Assembly: GCA_947364595.1 (NCBI GenBank)
Contig: CANATJ010000002.1
Span: 1 to 51,960, forward strand
DNA length: 51,960 nucleotides
Source: an uncultured Bacillota bacterium
GTDB taxonomy: Bacteria > Bacillota_I > Bacilli_A > RF39 > UBA660
Direction of reading: 5' to 3'
Shown: positions 27,322-36,910 of the stretch, piece by piece
Position numbering within the stretch: position 1 is the stretch's first letter
Layout of the letters: the number at the start of each line of letters is the position of its first letter
The notes under the pieces: model-generated
Database searches by the model: none
Seen by the model: only the letters and a program-made list of their open reading frames with translations
Told to the model about the DNA's origin: nothing
Position numbers and translations under genes: made by a program

Positions 27322-29328
27322 CTAGTTATTACGCATTTCATCTAAAACAACCTTTCCGTCTTCTATTTTCAATAACCTATCAAACAAATCTAAATTACCC
27401 ATACGATGTGAAATAACAATAATAGTTTTATCCTTATATTCTTTAAATAAATTCTTAAGTATAACTCTTTCCATATCTTCACTAACTTGGTTAAGTCCTT
27501 CGTCAATAATTAGAACATTAAAATCATAAAGCGCTCTTGCTAAAACAATTCTTTGTTTTTGCCCAGAAGAAAGATTAAAACCATCTTCTTGAATTATTAA
27601 TTTAAAATCATCTGTTATATCATCAAGCTCACAAATATTATCAGAAACAAAGCCTCTAAAAGTCAAATTATCCTCCAAAGTACCACTAAATAAAATTTCT
27701 TTTGAAGATACATAAATAACATTTTCAAATATATAATTTTTTCCCTCCAAATTATCAATCATAACATTTCCAACGTAATTATCATAATATCCCTTTAAAA
27801 TTTTAAATAAAGTACTTTTACCACTACCAGATGGGCCTGTTACCATTATCTTTGTTCCTTTATCGATTTTTAAATTAATATTTTTCAAAACCTTATTTTT
27901 AAAACTATATTCTAAATTTTTAATTAAGATATTTCCAAATACTCGTTTTCTGATCTTATTTTTATTTTTTAAAACTAGTAACTGACTTATATTTCTAATA
28001 GAAGTAATTACATTTTTAAATTCAAAATCAAAATCTAAAACTTCCCTAAATGATGATAATAATAAAGACGAAGTCATAAAATAAGTAATTACATTATTTG
28101 GATTGTTTAAAACAACATAAATCATAATTAAACCTAAACCCAAATAGTAAATAACTTCTTTAATTAAAAATTGATTATTATATAAATAATTAATTTTTTT
28201 ATTAGTAATTAAATATTCATCATACCTACTTTTAAAATCGTTTTCCACCTTACTTTCACAATTTAAATTTTTAACCGTTTCAAATCCACTAATAACTTCA
28301 GTCATATAAGAATTCATTAATGCTCGCTTTAATATAGCCTGATTAACAAAAAACAAATTTTTATTTTTATAAAACAAATAAACAAAAAAATAACCAATAC
28401 AGATAATAAAATTAAAAACGCATATTTTATAGTTAAATATTAATAGAAAGAAAAATAAAATAGTTATAATAGGAATGTTAATAAAAATAATAATAGAAAT
28501 ATGACCAATAGCATCACGGATTAAAGACAAATCATTAAAATAGCTAGTTATCTCACCAGTTGTTTTATCTCGGTAATAACGATAAGGGAGGTTTATAATT
28601 TGTTTAAAAATATCCAAAGATAATTTTCTATCTAATCTTTTATTTAGTTTAGTTAATAAAATATTTCTAACAAAATCAAATAAAATTCTAAGAATAATCA
28701 TTAATAAAAACAAGAATATAATAGGAAGCAAAGAATTTAATGGGCCATTCAAACTATCAAATAATTTTTGAATAAACAAAGAATTAGCAATTGATAAAAT
28801 TCCTGATATCAAAGAAAAAAATCCCACAAAAATAATCAAAAAATAATTATTACGAATTAAATTTAAAATAAATAATAAAATATTAGGTTCTTTTTCCTTC
28901 ATAATTTTTCTAACAGGCTGCATCTCAACAATAATACCTGTTGATATATTTAAAAATTCATCAAAACTCATTTTTTTAAGTCCTAAGGATGGATCGGCAA
29001 CTAAAATTTTTTCTCTTTTATAGTCTATTTTATATAAAACCATGTAGTGTTTGTAGGAGTGATCAATAATAACATGTGCAATACACGGCAATTGCATATC
29101 AGTTAAATTATTAAATCTAATACCACGGCTTTTAAAACCTAGACTATCTAAAACCTGAACAATATTAAATGCCGATATCCCACTTTTAGAAGTATTTAAT
29201 AGTTCATCTAATCTATCAAGGCTTACATATCCATTATAATATTTTAAAATCATTTCTACGCAAGCTGACCCACAATCATTTATTCCTCGCTGTTTTACAA
29301 ACGGATATCTTTTAACATTTTCACCTCC
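27322..29328 (-). CDS. peptidase-C39-containing ABC exporter (PCAT; bacteriocin/pheromone processing-export). The start is ambiguous and may be frameshifted
   Basis: The C39 motif QRGINDCGSAC (Cys codon at 29274-29272) is encoded in frame upstream of the first in-frame ATG (29253). The protein has six TM segments. Walker A is GPSGSGKST, the signature is LSSGQKQR and Walker B is LIIDEG. Confidence 0.8.
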   Translation of the reverse strand, partial: GGENVKRYPFVKQRGINDCGSACVEMILKYYNGYVSLDRLDELLNTSKSGISAFNIVQVLDSLGFKSRGIRFNNLTDMQLPCIAHVIIDHSYKHYMVLYKIDYKREKILVADPSLGLKKMSFDEFLNISTGIIVEMQPVRKIMKEKEPNILLFILNLIRNNYFLIIFVGFFSLISGILSIANSLFIQKLFDSLNGPLNSLLPIIFLFLLMIILRILFDFVRNILLTKLNKRLDRKLSLDIFKQIINLPYRYYRDKTTGEITSYFNDLSLIRDAIGHISIIIFINIPIITILFFFLLIFNYKICVFNFIICIGYFFVYLFYKNKNLFFVNQAILKRALMNSYMTEVISGFETVKNLNCESKVENDFKSRYDEYLITNKKINYLYNNQFLIKEVIYYLGLGLIMIYVVLNNPNNVITYFMTSSLLLSSFREVLDFDFEFKNVITSIRNISQLLVLKNKNKIRKRVFGNILIKNLEYSFKNKVLKNINLKIDKGTKIMVTGPSGSGKSTLFKILKGYYDNYVGNVMIDNLEGKNYIFENVIYVSSKEILFSGTLEDNLTFRGFVSDNICELDDITDDFKLIIQEDGFNLSSGQKQRIVLARALYDFNVLIIDEGLNQVSEDMERVILKNLFKEYKDKTIIVISHRMGNLDLFDRLLKIEDGKVVLDEMRNN

Positions 29329-29392
29329 CTATAGAAAAGATACTGTAAAACTTTTAAATTTCCTTTAAAAAACACAAAAAAAGTATAAAAAT

Positions 29393-29920
29393 TTAATTAT
29401 TATACTTTAAAACATCAATTTTACAATTTCCATATTGCTTGCTTTTTATAATTTCTAAATTAGTAATTATATTTTGAGACTCATACTCACATATAACAAT
29501 ACCACCATCATTTAATAACTTTCTTTCCTCAATAATTTTCAAAGCTTTATTTAATAAACCAGCTCTATATGGTGGATCTAATAAAATAATATCAAATTTA
29601 TCATCAGTACTTTTTAAAAACTTTTTATAATCACAATTTAATACTACAATATCATCATCAAAGTTTTTAATATTCTCTTTAATAGTATTAATAGAAACAG
29701 GATTATTATCAATTAAAAAGCATTTTTTAGCACCATTACTAATAGCCTCTAGACCTAAAGCTCCACTTCCAGCAAATAAATCCAAAACAGTTGAATTTGG
29801 AATATAACCTCTAATCATCGAAAACAAAGATTCCTTAATTCTATCCATAGTTGGTCTAGTTCCATCGATATCAAATCCTTTTAATTTTTTACCACGATAT
29901 TTTCCACTAATTATTCGCAT
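29393..29920 (-). CDS. rsmD: 16S rRNA (guanine966-N2)-methyltransferase RsmD
   Basis: Starts MRIISGKYRGKKL, contains DLFAGSGALGLEA, and has the DPPY motif. Confidence 0.9.
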   Translation of the reverse strand: MRIISGKYRGKKLKGFDIDGTRPTMDRIKESLFSMIRGYIPNSTVLDLFAGSGALGLEAISNGAKKCFLIDNNPVSINTIKENIKNFDDDIVVLNCDYKKFLKSTDDKFDIILLDPPYRAGLLNKALKIIEERKLLNDGGIVICEYESQNIITNLEIIKSKQYGNCKIDVLKYNN

Positions 29921-29949
29921 ATCCTTCACCTATAAATATTTTAACACAT

Positions 29950-30171
29950 TTATTTTAAAGATGATAAAATTTTTTCTAACATTTCAAAAGTATCTACCGC
30001 CCTTGCTACCTTATCAGCTCGTGTTAACTTATAATAACGACGAACTTCATCTTCAAAATCCCTAAACATCCAAGGTGCTCTATTAAGCGTTTTGTACCAA
30101 TAAGAATTCTCTCTTAAATATCTAAGATAATAATTATTCTCTTTTATCTTAAACTGTAATTCTAAACTCAT
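29950..30171 (-). CDS. YlbE-like small protein
   Basis: 73 aa, with the LRENSYWYKTLNRAP pattern. It lies between a ylbD-like gene and rsmD (ylbH), as in B. subtilis. Confidence 0.5.
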   Translation of the reverse strand: MSLELQFKIKENNYYLRYLRENSYWYKTLNRAPWMFRDFEDEVRRYYKLTRADKVARAVDTFEMLEKILSSLK

Positions 30172-30542
30172 TAATCCTCAAAATGTTTATAAAGAGGTCT
30201 AGGTTTATAAGTTTCCTTATTAGTATTAGAAGAATTATTACCTAAAGACATATCTTGAAGCAAACCTAAAACCCTTTGCATACTACTAACCCCATTTTGA
30301 ATACTATCCAAATCTAAATTTTTAATAAAATTCACTAAATCAAAACTACTAGCCGCTGATGCAGATGCAGCTGCCACCTTACCTGCATCTTCATTTAAAT
30401 ATTCTTTCCAAACCTCATTATCTTCACCATACATATCATACATTTCATAAAACTTTTGCCATGTCATACTTTCATTTTTAACATGTTTTAAAAGTATAGG
30501 ATTATTTTTCACAAAATCTTTAAATTTTTCTTTTGTTTCCAT
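30171..30542 (-). CDS. YlbD-like putative spore coat protein
   Basis: KFKDFVKNNPILLKHVKNESMTWQKFYEMYDMYGEDNEVWKEY parallels the B. subtilis YlbD N-terminus. Confidence 0.65.
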   Translation of the reverse strand: METKEKFKDFVKNNPILLKHVKNESMTWQKFYEMYDMYGEDNEVWKEYLNEDAGKVAAASASAASSFDLVNFIKNLDLDSIQNGVSSMQRVLGLLQDMSLGNNSSNTNKETYKPRPLYKHFED

Positions 30543-30596
30543 AATATCACCTATTTTAATATATTCAAAATATATAAAAAAAGCACAAAAAAAGTA

Positions 30597-31247
30597 CTAA
30601 TCATTAGTACTCTTTTCACTCATAGAAGCAACATCAATTCTTTTATCATTATGAATCAATTTTAAAGTTCCACTAGTTTGATAACCTAAATCTTCTTTAT
30701 ATTCAATTTCAAAATTCAACTCATAAGCTTTATCATCAGTATTATTACCATATTTAAATGTAGTATTTTCTAAATCACCAATACTTACTTTAGTAATAGA
30801 AGGTAATTGTTGTTTTCTATTATTATAGACATTGCTTTCCACCGTTTTATACATTGTATCCATAGCATATTTTTCAAAATCGTTTTGATAATTTTTAAAC
30901 ACAAACTGCTTTCCACCAACATCATTTTTACTAATCTTATTATCTAAATTAAAGAAATCATAAACAAACATTTGACCAACAAGTTTTGCATATTTTTCTT
31001 CATTAATATTATCAGCTTCTAATACAGTTTTAAGCTCTTTAAATAACCCTTTATAATACTTAGTTGCATTTTCCTTAAGAGTATAATCATAACCTTCAAT
31101 AGTATCAATATTTTTTACAACCTTTTTATTAGAAGAAGATTCCTTAGACTTATTAAAAGCTAAAAAGCAAACAACAACTAAAATAGCAATTATCAAAACC
31201 AAAAGAACAATTCTTTTAACATTTAACTTTCTTTTTCGACGTTTCAT
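30597..31247 (-). CDS. hypothetical membrane-anchored protein, translationally coupled to ltaS
   Basis: Basic N-terminus plus one TM segment (IVLLVLIIAILVVVCFLAF). Its start overlaps the ltaS stop (ATGA). Confidence 0.55.
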   Translation of the reverse strand: MKRRKRKLNVKRIVLLVLIIAILVVVCFLAFNKSKESSSNKKVVKNIDTIEGYDYTLKENATKYYKGLFKELKTVLEADNINEEKYAKLVGQMFVYDFFNLDNKISKNDVGGKQFVFKNYQNDFEKYAMDTMYKTVESNVYNNRKQQLPSITKVSIGDLENTTFKYGNNTDDKAYELNFEIEYKEDLGYQTSGTLKLIHNDKRIDVASMSEKSTND

Positions 31248-33292
31248 TTTTGCCCTCCTTTTATTACTTTATCAGATTCTTGAGTTTTCTTAATTAAATC
31301 ATGAACAATAATATCATTAGAAACCGCTACTTCCTTTTCAGCTCTTTCAGTCCATTTATTAATATAATCAGCACTTATCACCGCATTATTATCAAAAACA
31401 GTAGCTTGTCCATTTTGATTATCATAATACATAATATCTGTCATCCAGTTACCATTAGGAAATACAACAAAATGTTCATCAGTACTAAATACATCATGTC
31501 CCATCGCATAAGGATTATTTATTCCAAGCATATTACCAAGTGTTGGTAATACATCATACATACCAGTAACTGTTTTAATTTCTTTATTAATTTTCTTTTT
31601 AAGATCCTTATCCTTCGTCCAAATAATTAAAGGAACCTTACGATTTAATTCGTAGTCATATTTTGAAAATTCCTTATATTCTGGATCAGTATTACTTCTT
31701 TTACTGTCAGTTTCTGGATCATAATTATAGTAATAATCATACTCACCACGTTTTATTTTAGCATCATGGTCACCATAAATAACTAAAACTGTATCTTCAA
31801 GTAAGCCTTCTTTATCTAAATCATCAACTAACTGACCAATTGCCTCATCAGCATAATGCGCAGTTGTAAAATAATTACCTAAATTTCTTCCCTTCAAATA
31901 ATTATTTTCCACAGTTTCCTCTTGCTTTGTTTGTTCATTAACTCTAGTATATTTATAAGTTAAATCAATATCTGTATTATCCGCAAAGCCTTCAAATGGT
32001 GTATGATTAGTAAGCATAATTAAAGTTCCATAAAATTTATCATGATCATTAGAAATCTTTTTAAGCTTTTCTACTGATTGTCTAAAGAATGATTTATCAG
32101 TAAGACCTAATCCTACCATATCATCAAGTTTATAATCTTTATCATAATAATAGAAATGATCATATCCTAATTGCTTATGCATAACTTCTCTATTCCAGAA
32201 ATTACCCTTATTTGCATGCATACTAAACACATAGTAATCTTCTTCTTTTAAAAATTTTTGAATAGATGGATATTCCCTATCCCAATAACTAACAAAAACG
32301 GTTCCACTACTTGCAGGCAAAAGTGAAGTACTATAAGTAAACTCTGTATCACTACTAGTTCCTACACTTTCTTGTGAATAAAAATTAGAAAAGTACATAC
32401 CTTCACTAGCTAATTTCTTTAAATTAGGTGCAATTTCCACTCCGTTAATTTTAGTATCAAGTAAAAATGTTTGCATACTTTCAGCATGAATAGCGATCAC
32501 ATTTTTCCCCTTAAAAATATCAGAGTATTTATTTTTTTCACTCTTATTATTATTTTTTTCATAATATTCTCTAAATTCCTTAGCTGCTGCATCATATCCA
32601 AATAATGGACTTATTTGAGGTTTTAAACTAGCAATCAAATCATTACCTTGATATGTATAAATACCAAATTTCATAACAACATATTCACGATTCCATTGCT
32701 TATATAAACGACTAATATCCGTTGGAGTTAAAGTTGAAACAAAAAATCCAAGGACAATCACTGTTGCCACTAAAGATTTTAAAACAGCCACTTTTCTTTT
32801 TCCTTTAGTTCTAACTTTTGTATAATAGCCCTTTTTCTTTAATTTAAAATGAACAAAAAGTAAAGTTATTGGCGCCCATATATAACAAAAATCTTTTATT
32901 TCCATAATAGTTTGTAATGCATCACTTACCCCAACAATTTGAAGACTAGTTGCAAGTAACGAAAATGAAGTAAATGATACATAGTTAGTATAATAAACCG
33001 AATTTATTAAACAAGCCAAAGTCAAAATTATCGACCAAGTCAAATAATACTTAATACGGTTTTTAGGTTTAAAAAAATAACCAAATGATCCTACACATAA
33101 AACAAATGCTAAATCTGCTAAAATAGGACTTACTGCTGTAAAATTCTTAACAGTTACAAATCTAAGTAAACTAGCATTAATTAATGATGTTACAATAAAT
33201 GTTGTAAATAAAATATTATTTTTAAAAAAGTAAATAGTATTATCTTTCGCCTTTTCTAATACTTCTAACAATTTTTGACCAAAGTTTTTCAT
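31244..33292 (-). CDS. ltaS: lipoteichoic acid synthase family protein (LtaS; 5 TM plus sulfatase-like domain)
   Basis: The N-terminal polytopic region is followed by an extracellular domain with ...ESMQ.F..., SVGTSSDTEF and LTNHTPF patterns. Confidence 0.8.
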   Translation of the reverse strand: MKNFGQKLLEVLEKAKDNTIYFFKNNILFTTFIVTSLINASLLRFVTVKNFTAVSPILADLAFVLCVGSFGYFFKPKNRIKYYLTWSIILTLACLINSVYYTNYVSFTSFSLLATSLQIVGVSDALQTIMEIKDFCYIWAPITLLFVHFKLKKKGYYTKVRTKGKRKVAVLKSLVATVIVLGFFVSTLTPTDISRLYKQWNREYVVMKFGIYTYQGNDLIASLKPQISPLFGYDAAAKEFREYYEKNNNKSEKNKYSDIFKGKNVIAIHAESMQTFLLDTKINGVEIAPNLKKLASEGMYFSNFYSQESVGTSSDTEFTYSTSLLPASSGTVFVSYWDREYPSIQKFLKEEDYYVFSMHANKGNFWNREVMHKQLGYDHFYYYDKDYKLDDMVGLGLTDKSFFRQSVEKLKKISNDHDKFYGTLIMLTNHTPFEGFADNTDIDLTYKYTRVNEQTKQEETVENNYLKGRNLGNYFTTAHYADEAIGQLVDDLDKEGLLEDTVLVIYGDHDAKIKRGEYDYYYNYDPETDSKRSNTDPEYKEFSKYDYELNRKVPLIIWTKDKDLKKKINKEIKTVTGMYDVLPTLGNMLGINNPYAMGHDVFSTDEHFVVFPNGNWMTDIMYYDNQNGQATVFDNNAVISADYINKWTERAEKEVAVSNDIIVHDLIKKTQESDKVIKGGQK

Positions 33293-33480
33293 AATTCACC
33301 TCTATACACTTTATCATTATAACACTTTTAAGCAAATAAAAAAAGTGGCTTTAAACCACTTTACTATTAAATAGCCCATTAAAGGAGATTATTACCTTTT
33401 AATACTAATTAGATTCACAGTAAAATCATTAAGTACTAGTAGTCTGAGCTTAAGCACATACTAGGTAAAATATGTGCCCA

Positions 33481-34329
33481 CTAATTATTATATTTCTTTT
33501 CTTTTGAATTATACTTTTTTAAACTAGCAGTATAAACTTCCGCATTAATTGCAATTCCCATTACCAATATAAATGATAAAATATAAACCCATGTCATCAT
33601 AACAACGATTCCTGAAATACTTCCATAAAACATTGTGTAATTAGCAAAATTAGAAACATAATATGAATAAGCAGCTGTAGTAATCATCCAACCAACAGTA
33701 GTAAATAAAGCTCCCTTATTCATAAATTTACTAGATATTTGCTTATCAGGTGCAATCGCATACAAAAGTTTAACAATTATAAATATAAATATAAATGCAA
33801 TTGGCCATTTAAGTAAAACAAAGAAATGATATATTTTTTCGCTAAAATCGGCAAATGCCTTTAAATGAATAATTTTATTTACAATAATATTTCCATATGC
33901 TAAAACAAGAAACATAAACACAACTAGAACCATCAAAATAACAATCATAAAAAGTGCTTTTATTCTTCTTTTAACATAATCATCATGCTTTATTTCATAA
34001 AGTTCATTAGATGTAACAATAATTGAATGAGTTCCATTAGAAATCAAAACAAATGCTACAATCATAAAAAACATGACACTTCCAGTAATATGACTTTCAG
34101 TAATAAAAGGAAGCCATATTTCTAAAATATTTTTAGGAAATATTTCTTTAAACGCTCCAATCATTGAAGTAGATACGAGAGAAATTTTAGAGCCAACATA
34201 TCCAAATAAAGTAAGCATAGGAAATATTGCTAAAACAATAAAGAATGCCAATTGTCCAGGAAGAATCTTCATTTCTGGGCGCATTATAATATGATATATT
34301 CGACTATAATATCTCTTCAATCGTTCCAT
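33481..34329 (-). CDS. YihY/BrkB-family membrane protein
   Basis: Six TM segments. It contains LAFFIVLAIFPML and the C-terminal YGSISGIVVMMTWVY pattern typical of the family. Confidence 0.7.
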   Translation of the reverse strand: MERLKRYYSRIYHIIMRPEMKILPGQLAFFIVLAIFPMLTLFGYVGSKISLVSTSMIGAFKEIFPKNILEIWLPFITESHITGSVMFFMIVAFVLISNGTHSIIVTSNELYEIKHDDYVKRRIKALFMIVILMVLVVFMFLVLAYGNIIVNKIIHLKAFADFSEKIYHFFVLLKWPIAFIFIFIIVKLLYAIAPDKQISSKFMNKGALFTTVGWMITTAAYSYYVSNFANYTMFYGSISGIVVMMTWVYILSFILVMGIAINAEVYTASLKKYNSKEKKYNN

Positions 34330-34355
34330 AAATACCTCTTTCTATAAAGAAGAAA

Positions 34356-36419
34356 TTAATCTCCATTAATTCCTTCTTTATTATTTCTCATATCAAGTGT
34401 AGCTTCATTCACTGCATCATCAATAGTTTTAATTTCATCATGAATCATACTATAACCAATTGCCGCTCCAAAGCCATGTGATAATTCCTTTAATTCTTTA
34501 TTAAGTTTTCTAATATAAGTAAGTGTAGCCTTTTCATCATGACCAACCATAAAAATCAAAAATTCATTACCATTAGTTCTCAAAATTTCACTACCACTAA
34601 GTTGATTATTAATTAAAATCCCGGCTGCCTCAACAATAACCTTATCTCCCTCAACATGACCAAAATTATCATTAATATAAGCAATATTATTTAAATCTAT
34701 AACAATAATAGATTGTGGATAAACCTCACTATTATCCCATTTAATAATATTATCATTTAAATAATTACGATTTTTAAGTGATGTTAAAGTATCAATATAA
34801 CGTAGTTTATCAGCTTTAGAAAGTTTACTATTATAATCTTTCTTACGATTTACAAATTTTCTTGTGAAAATAAGTGCAATTATCAATAAAATAATTATCG
34901 CACTACTTAAAATAATTTGTAATGCTTGATTACTATTATTGTAATGTAAAAGTTTACTATAACTATTATTCATAATTAATCCACTGTTTACAAATGATAA
35001 ATAATAGCTTAAAAGTCCATTGAATACCCTATTACTAGAAGTATCTCTAGAAACAAATCCATAATTATTAGTTAAATCAATAGTTTGAATCTTTTTTAGT
35101 TCTTTCATATTAAGGTGTAAATAATAATCATAAGTATATTCATCAATAGCAGCAACATCTTTTTTACCTAAATGATTAACAAGTTCCTTAGAATTATTAT
35201 ATCCTTTAGTCTTAACACCATTATCTTTTAAATATTTATCAATTTTACTATCTTTAATAGTTAAAACATTATAATCTGTAAGTGAATTTACATTATTAAC
35301 AACTAAATCCGTTTTTTCATTTGCAACCACAGCAATTTTACTATCATAAATAGTAGCTGTATTATAAACATCCATATCATAATTATCATTACCATGATAA
35401 TCAAACACAAAGTCTAATTTATTCGCATTGAAATCTGCAAGTAACTTTTCAATAGATGGATAACTTTTATAATCAATCTCTATATTAGCAGCCTTAGCAA
35501 ACTCACTAATAAATGAATAGTTAAATCCTTTAAGTCCACCTTTAATCGTAACATCATAAGGAGCATTAAAAACAAATCCATAAGTATAACGATCGCTTCT
35601 AAATTTAGCTTGAGCTTTTTCATCTATTTTTCTATATTTGAAATAACTAGTAGTTAAATACTTATTTAAACTTTCCTTATATGTTTCCCTATTCCATTTT
35701 TTAAAATACTTATTAAGTATCTTATTAAGTCTTTCATTATCACCTAAAGTAAGTACATAATCACTAGTATATTCAGTAATATTATAAGCAATATTTAAAG
35801 TTTTATCAGTTAAAATATTTTCTAAATATTCAATCTTTGGAAGAGCTATTGCATCAACTAAACCATTAGATAAAGACGTAAACATTTCATCAGCGCTTAA
35901 ATAAGGTTTAAAAGTTACATTACTACTTCCAGTTAAATATTTACTAATTTTTGTTAAATCATTTTGTAAAGTTCCAATAGTTAAATCTTTAATTTCAGAA
36001 ACACTATTAAAGTATGTATCTTTTTTAACAATTAAAGCATAATTATCACGATATAACAAAATATCTTTATCATTTTTATGTTCAACATTTTTAAGTGCAT
36101 AATCACTTATAGTTTCTTTGTTACCCAAATTCTTATTATAAGGTAATTTATTAAATTCAAGTTTAGTATCTTCCTCTAAATCATTTAAAAAATCGAATAA
36201 AATACCATTACCATTATCATTAATTATTGGCACATTACTTAAAACAGATAAATCAATTAACTTATTTTTATTATTTTCAATCCATTGTTTTTCAGCAGCT
36301 GTTAAAGTAGTTACCTTATCCTCACTAACAAAAAACTGTACTATACCAAAAATCCCTAAAGTTAAAATAACTACTAGGGAAATAATTCCTATCTTCTTAT
36401 TCACTACTTCCACCCGCAT
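34356..36419 (-). CDS. membrane sensor: tandem periplasmic solute-binding-like domains, one TM segment and a degenerate GGDEF domain (NGNEF)
   Basis: The GGDEF-fold motifs are DTLTSLKNRNYL, VIDLNNIAYINDNFGHVEGD and RTNGNEFLIF (34574-34560). The start is uncertain: ATG at 36419 or GTG at 36404. Confidence 0.7.
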   Translation of the reverse strand: MRVEVVNKKIGIISLVVILTLGIFGIVQFFVSEDKVTTLTAAEKQWIENNKNKLIDLSVLSNVPIINDNGNGILFDFLNDLEEDTKLEFNKLPYNKNLGNKETISDYALKNVEHKNDKDILLYRDNYALIVKKDTYFNSVSEIKDLTIGTLQNDLTKISKYLTGSSNVTFKPYLSADEMFTSLSNGLVDAIALPKIEYLENILTDKTLNIAYNITEYTSDYVLTLGDNERLNKILNKYFKKWNRETYKESLNKYLTTSYFKYRKIDEKAQAKFRSDRYTYGFVFNAPYDVTIKGGLKGFNYSFISEFAKAANIEIDYKSYPSIEKLLADFNANKLDFVFDYHGNDNYDMDVYNTATIYDSKIAVVANEKTDLVVNNVNSLTDYNVLTIKDSKIDKYLKDNGVKTKGYNNSKELVNHLGKKDVAAIDEYTYDYYLHLNMKELKKIQTIDLTNNYGFVSRDTSSNRVFNGLLSYYLSFVNSGLIMNNSYSKLLHYNNSNQALQIILSSAIIILLIIALIFTRKFVNRKKDYNSKLSKADKLRYIDTLTSLKNRNYLNDNIIKWDNSEVYPQSIIVIDLNNIAYINDNFGHVEGDKVIVEAAGILINNQLSGSEILRTNGNEFLIFMVGHDEKATLTYIRKLNKELKELSHGFGAAIGYSMIHDEIKTIDDAVNEATLDMRNNKEGINGD

Positions 36420-36864
36420 TTCCATAAGTAATATCATCACTATTCTTACTCTTATAACCAATTACTGGATAAACATCACTATCATCTTTTGTATCAATAA
36501 GAACTTGAACATCATAATATTTAGCATTTTTCTTTCCAATACCATCTAAGATAATATCACCACATGTTTTAGCATCATCCAATTTCATACCATTATCAAC
36601 AGTAATCGTAAAATTCAAAATTCTTCCTTCTTGATGATATACAACTTTTTCTACTCCGTCTTTACCACTTATTCTATCTTTAATATCATCAATAGTTGAA
36701 CCAGAAATCTTATGTTTATCAATATCATCTAACCTATCTCCGTATTTATTATTGCCAATTGAAGATAAAAGGAATAATTTAACAAACAAAAATAATAAAA
36801 TTATTATAAAAACTATTCCAGCAATAATAACTCCCTTTTTATTTTTTCTAATAAAATTTTTCAT
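36397..36864 (-). CDS. hypothetical signal-anchored small protein
   Basis: Contains MKNFIRKNKKGVIIAGIVFIIILLFLFVKLFLL and lies between the pilin-fusion gene and the GGDEF gene. Confidence 0.5.
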   Translation of the reverse strand: MKNFIRKNKKGVIIAGIVFIIILLFLFVKLFLLSSIGNNKYGDRLDDIDKHKISGSTIDDIKDRISGKDGVEKVVYHQEGRILNFTITVDNGMKLDDAKTCGDIILDGIGKKNAKYYDVQVLIDTKDDSDVYPVIGYKSKNSDDITYGNAGGSSE

Positions 36865-36910
36865 AAAATCACCTCAAACATTATACTATATTTAATCATA
36901 TTTTTCAAAC

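Noticed and set aside
33293-33480. 188-bp intergenic region upstream of ltaS with three hairpins, considered as a riboswitch, an sRNA or a small ORF (MGYLIVKWFKATFFICLKVL)
   Set aside because: The hairpins are adequately explained as the yihY terminators (GCACATA.../TATGTGC, then AAAGTGG.../CCACTTT plus T7), followed by an extended -10 promoter for ltaS. I recognise no riboswitch motif, and the mini-ORF has no RBS.
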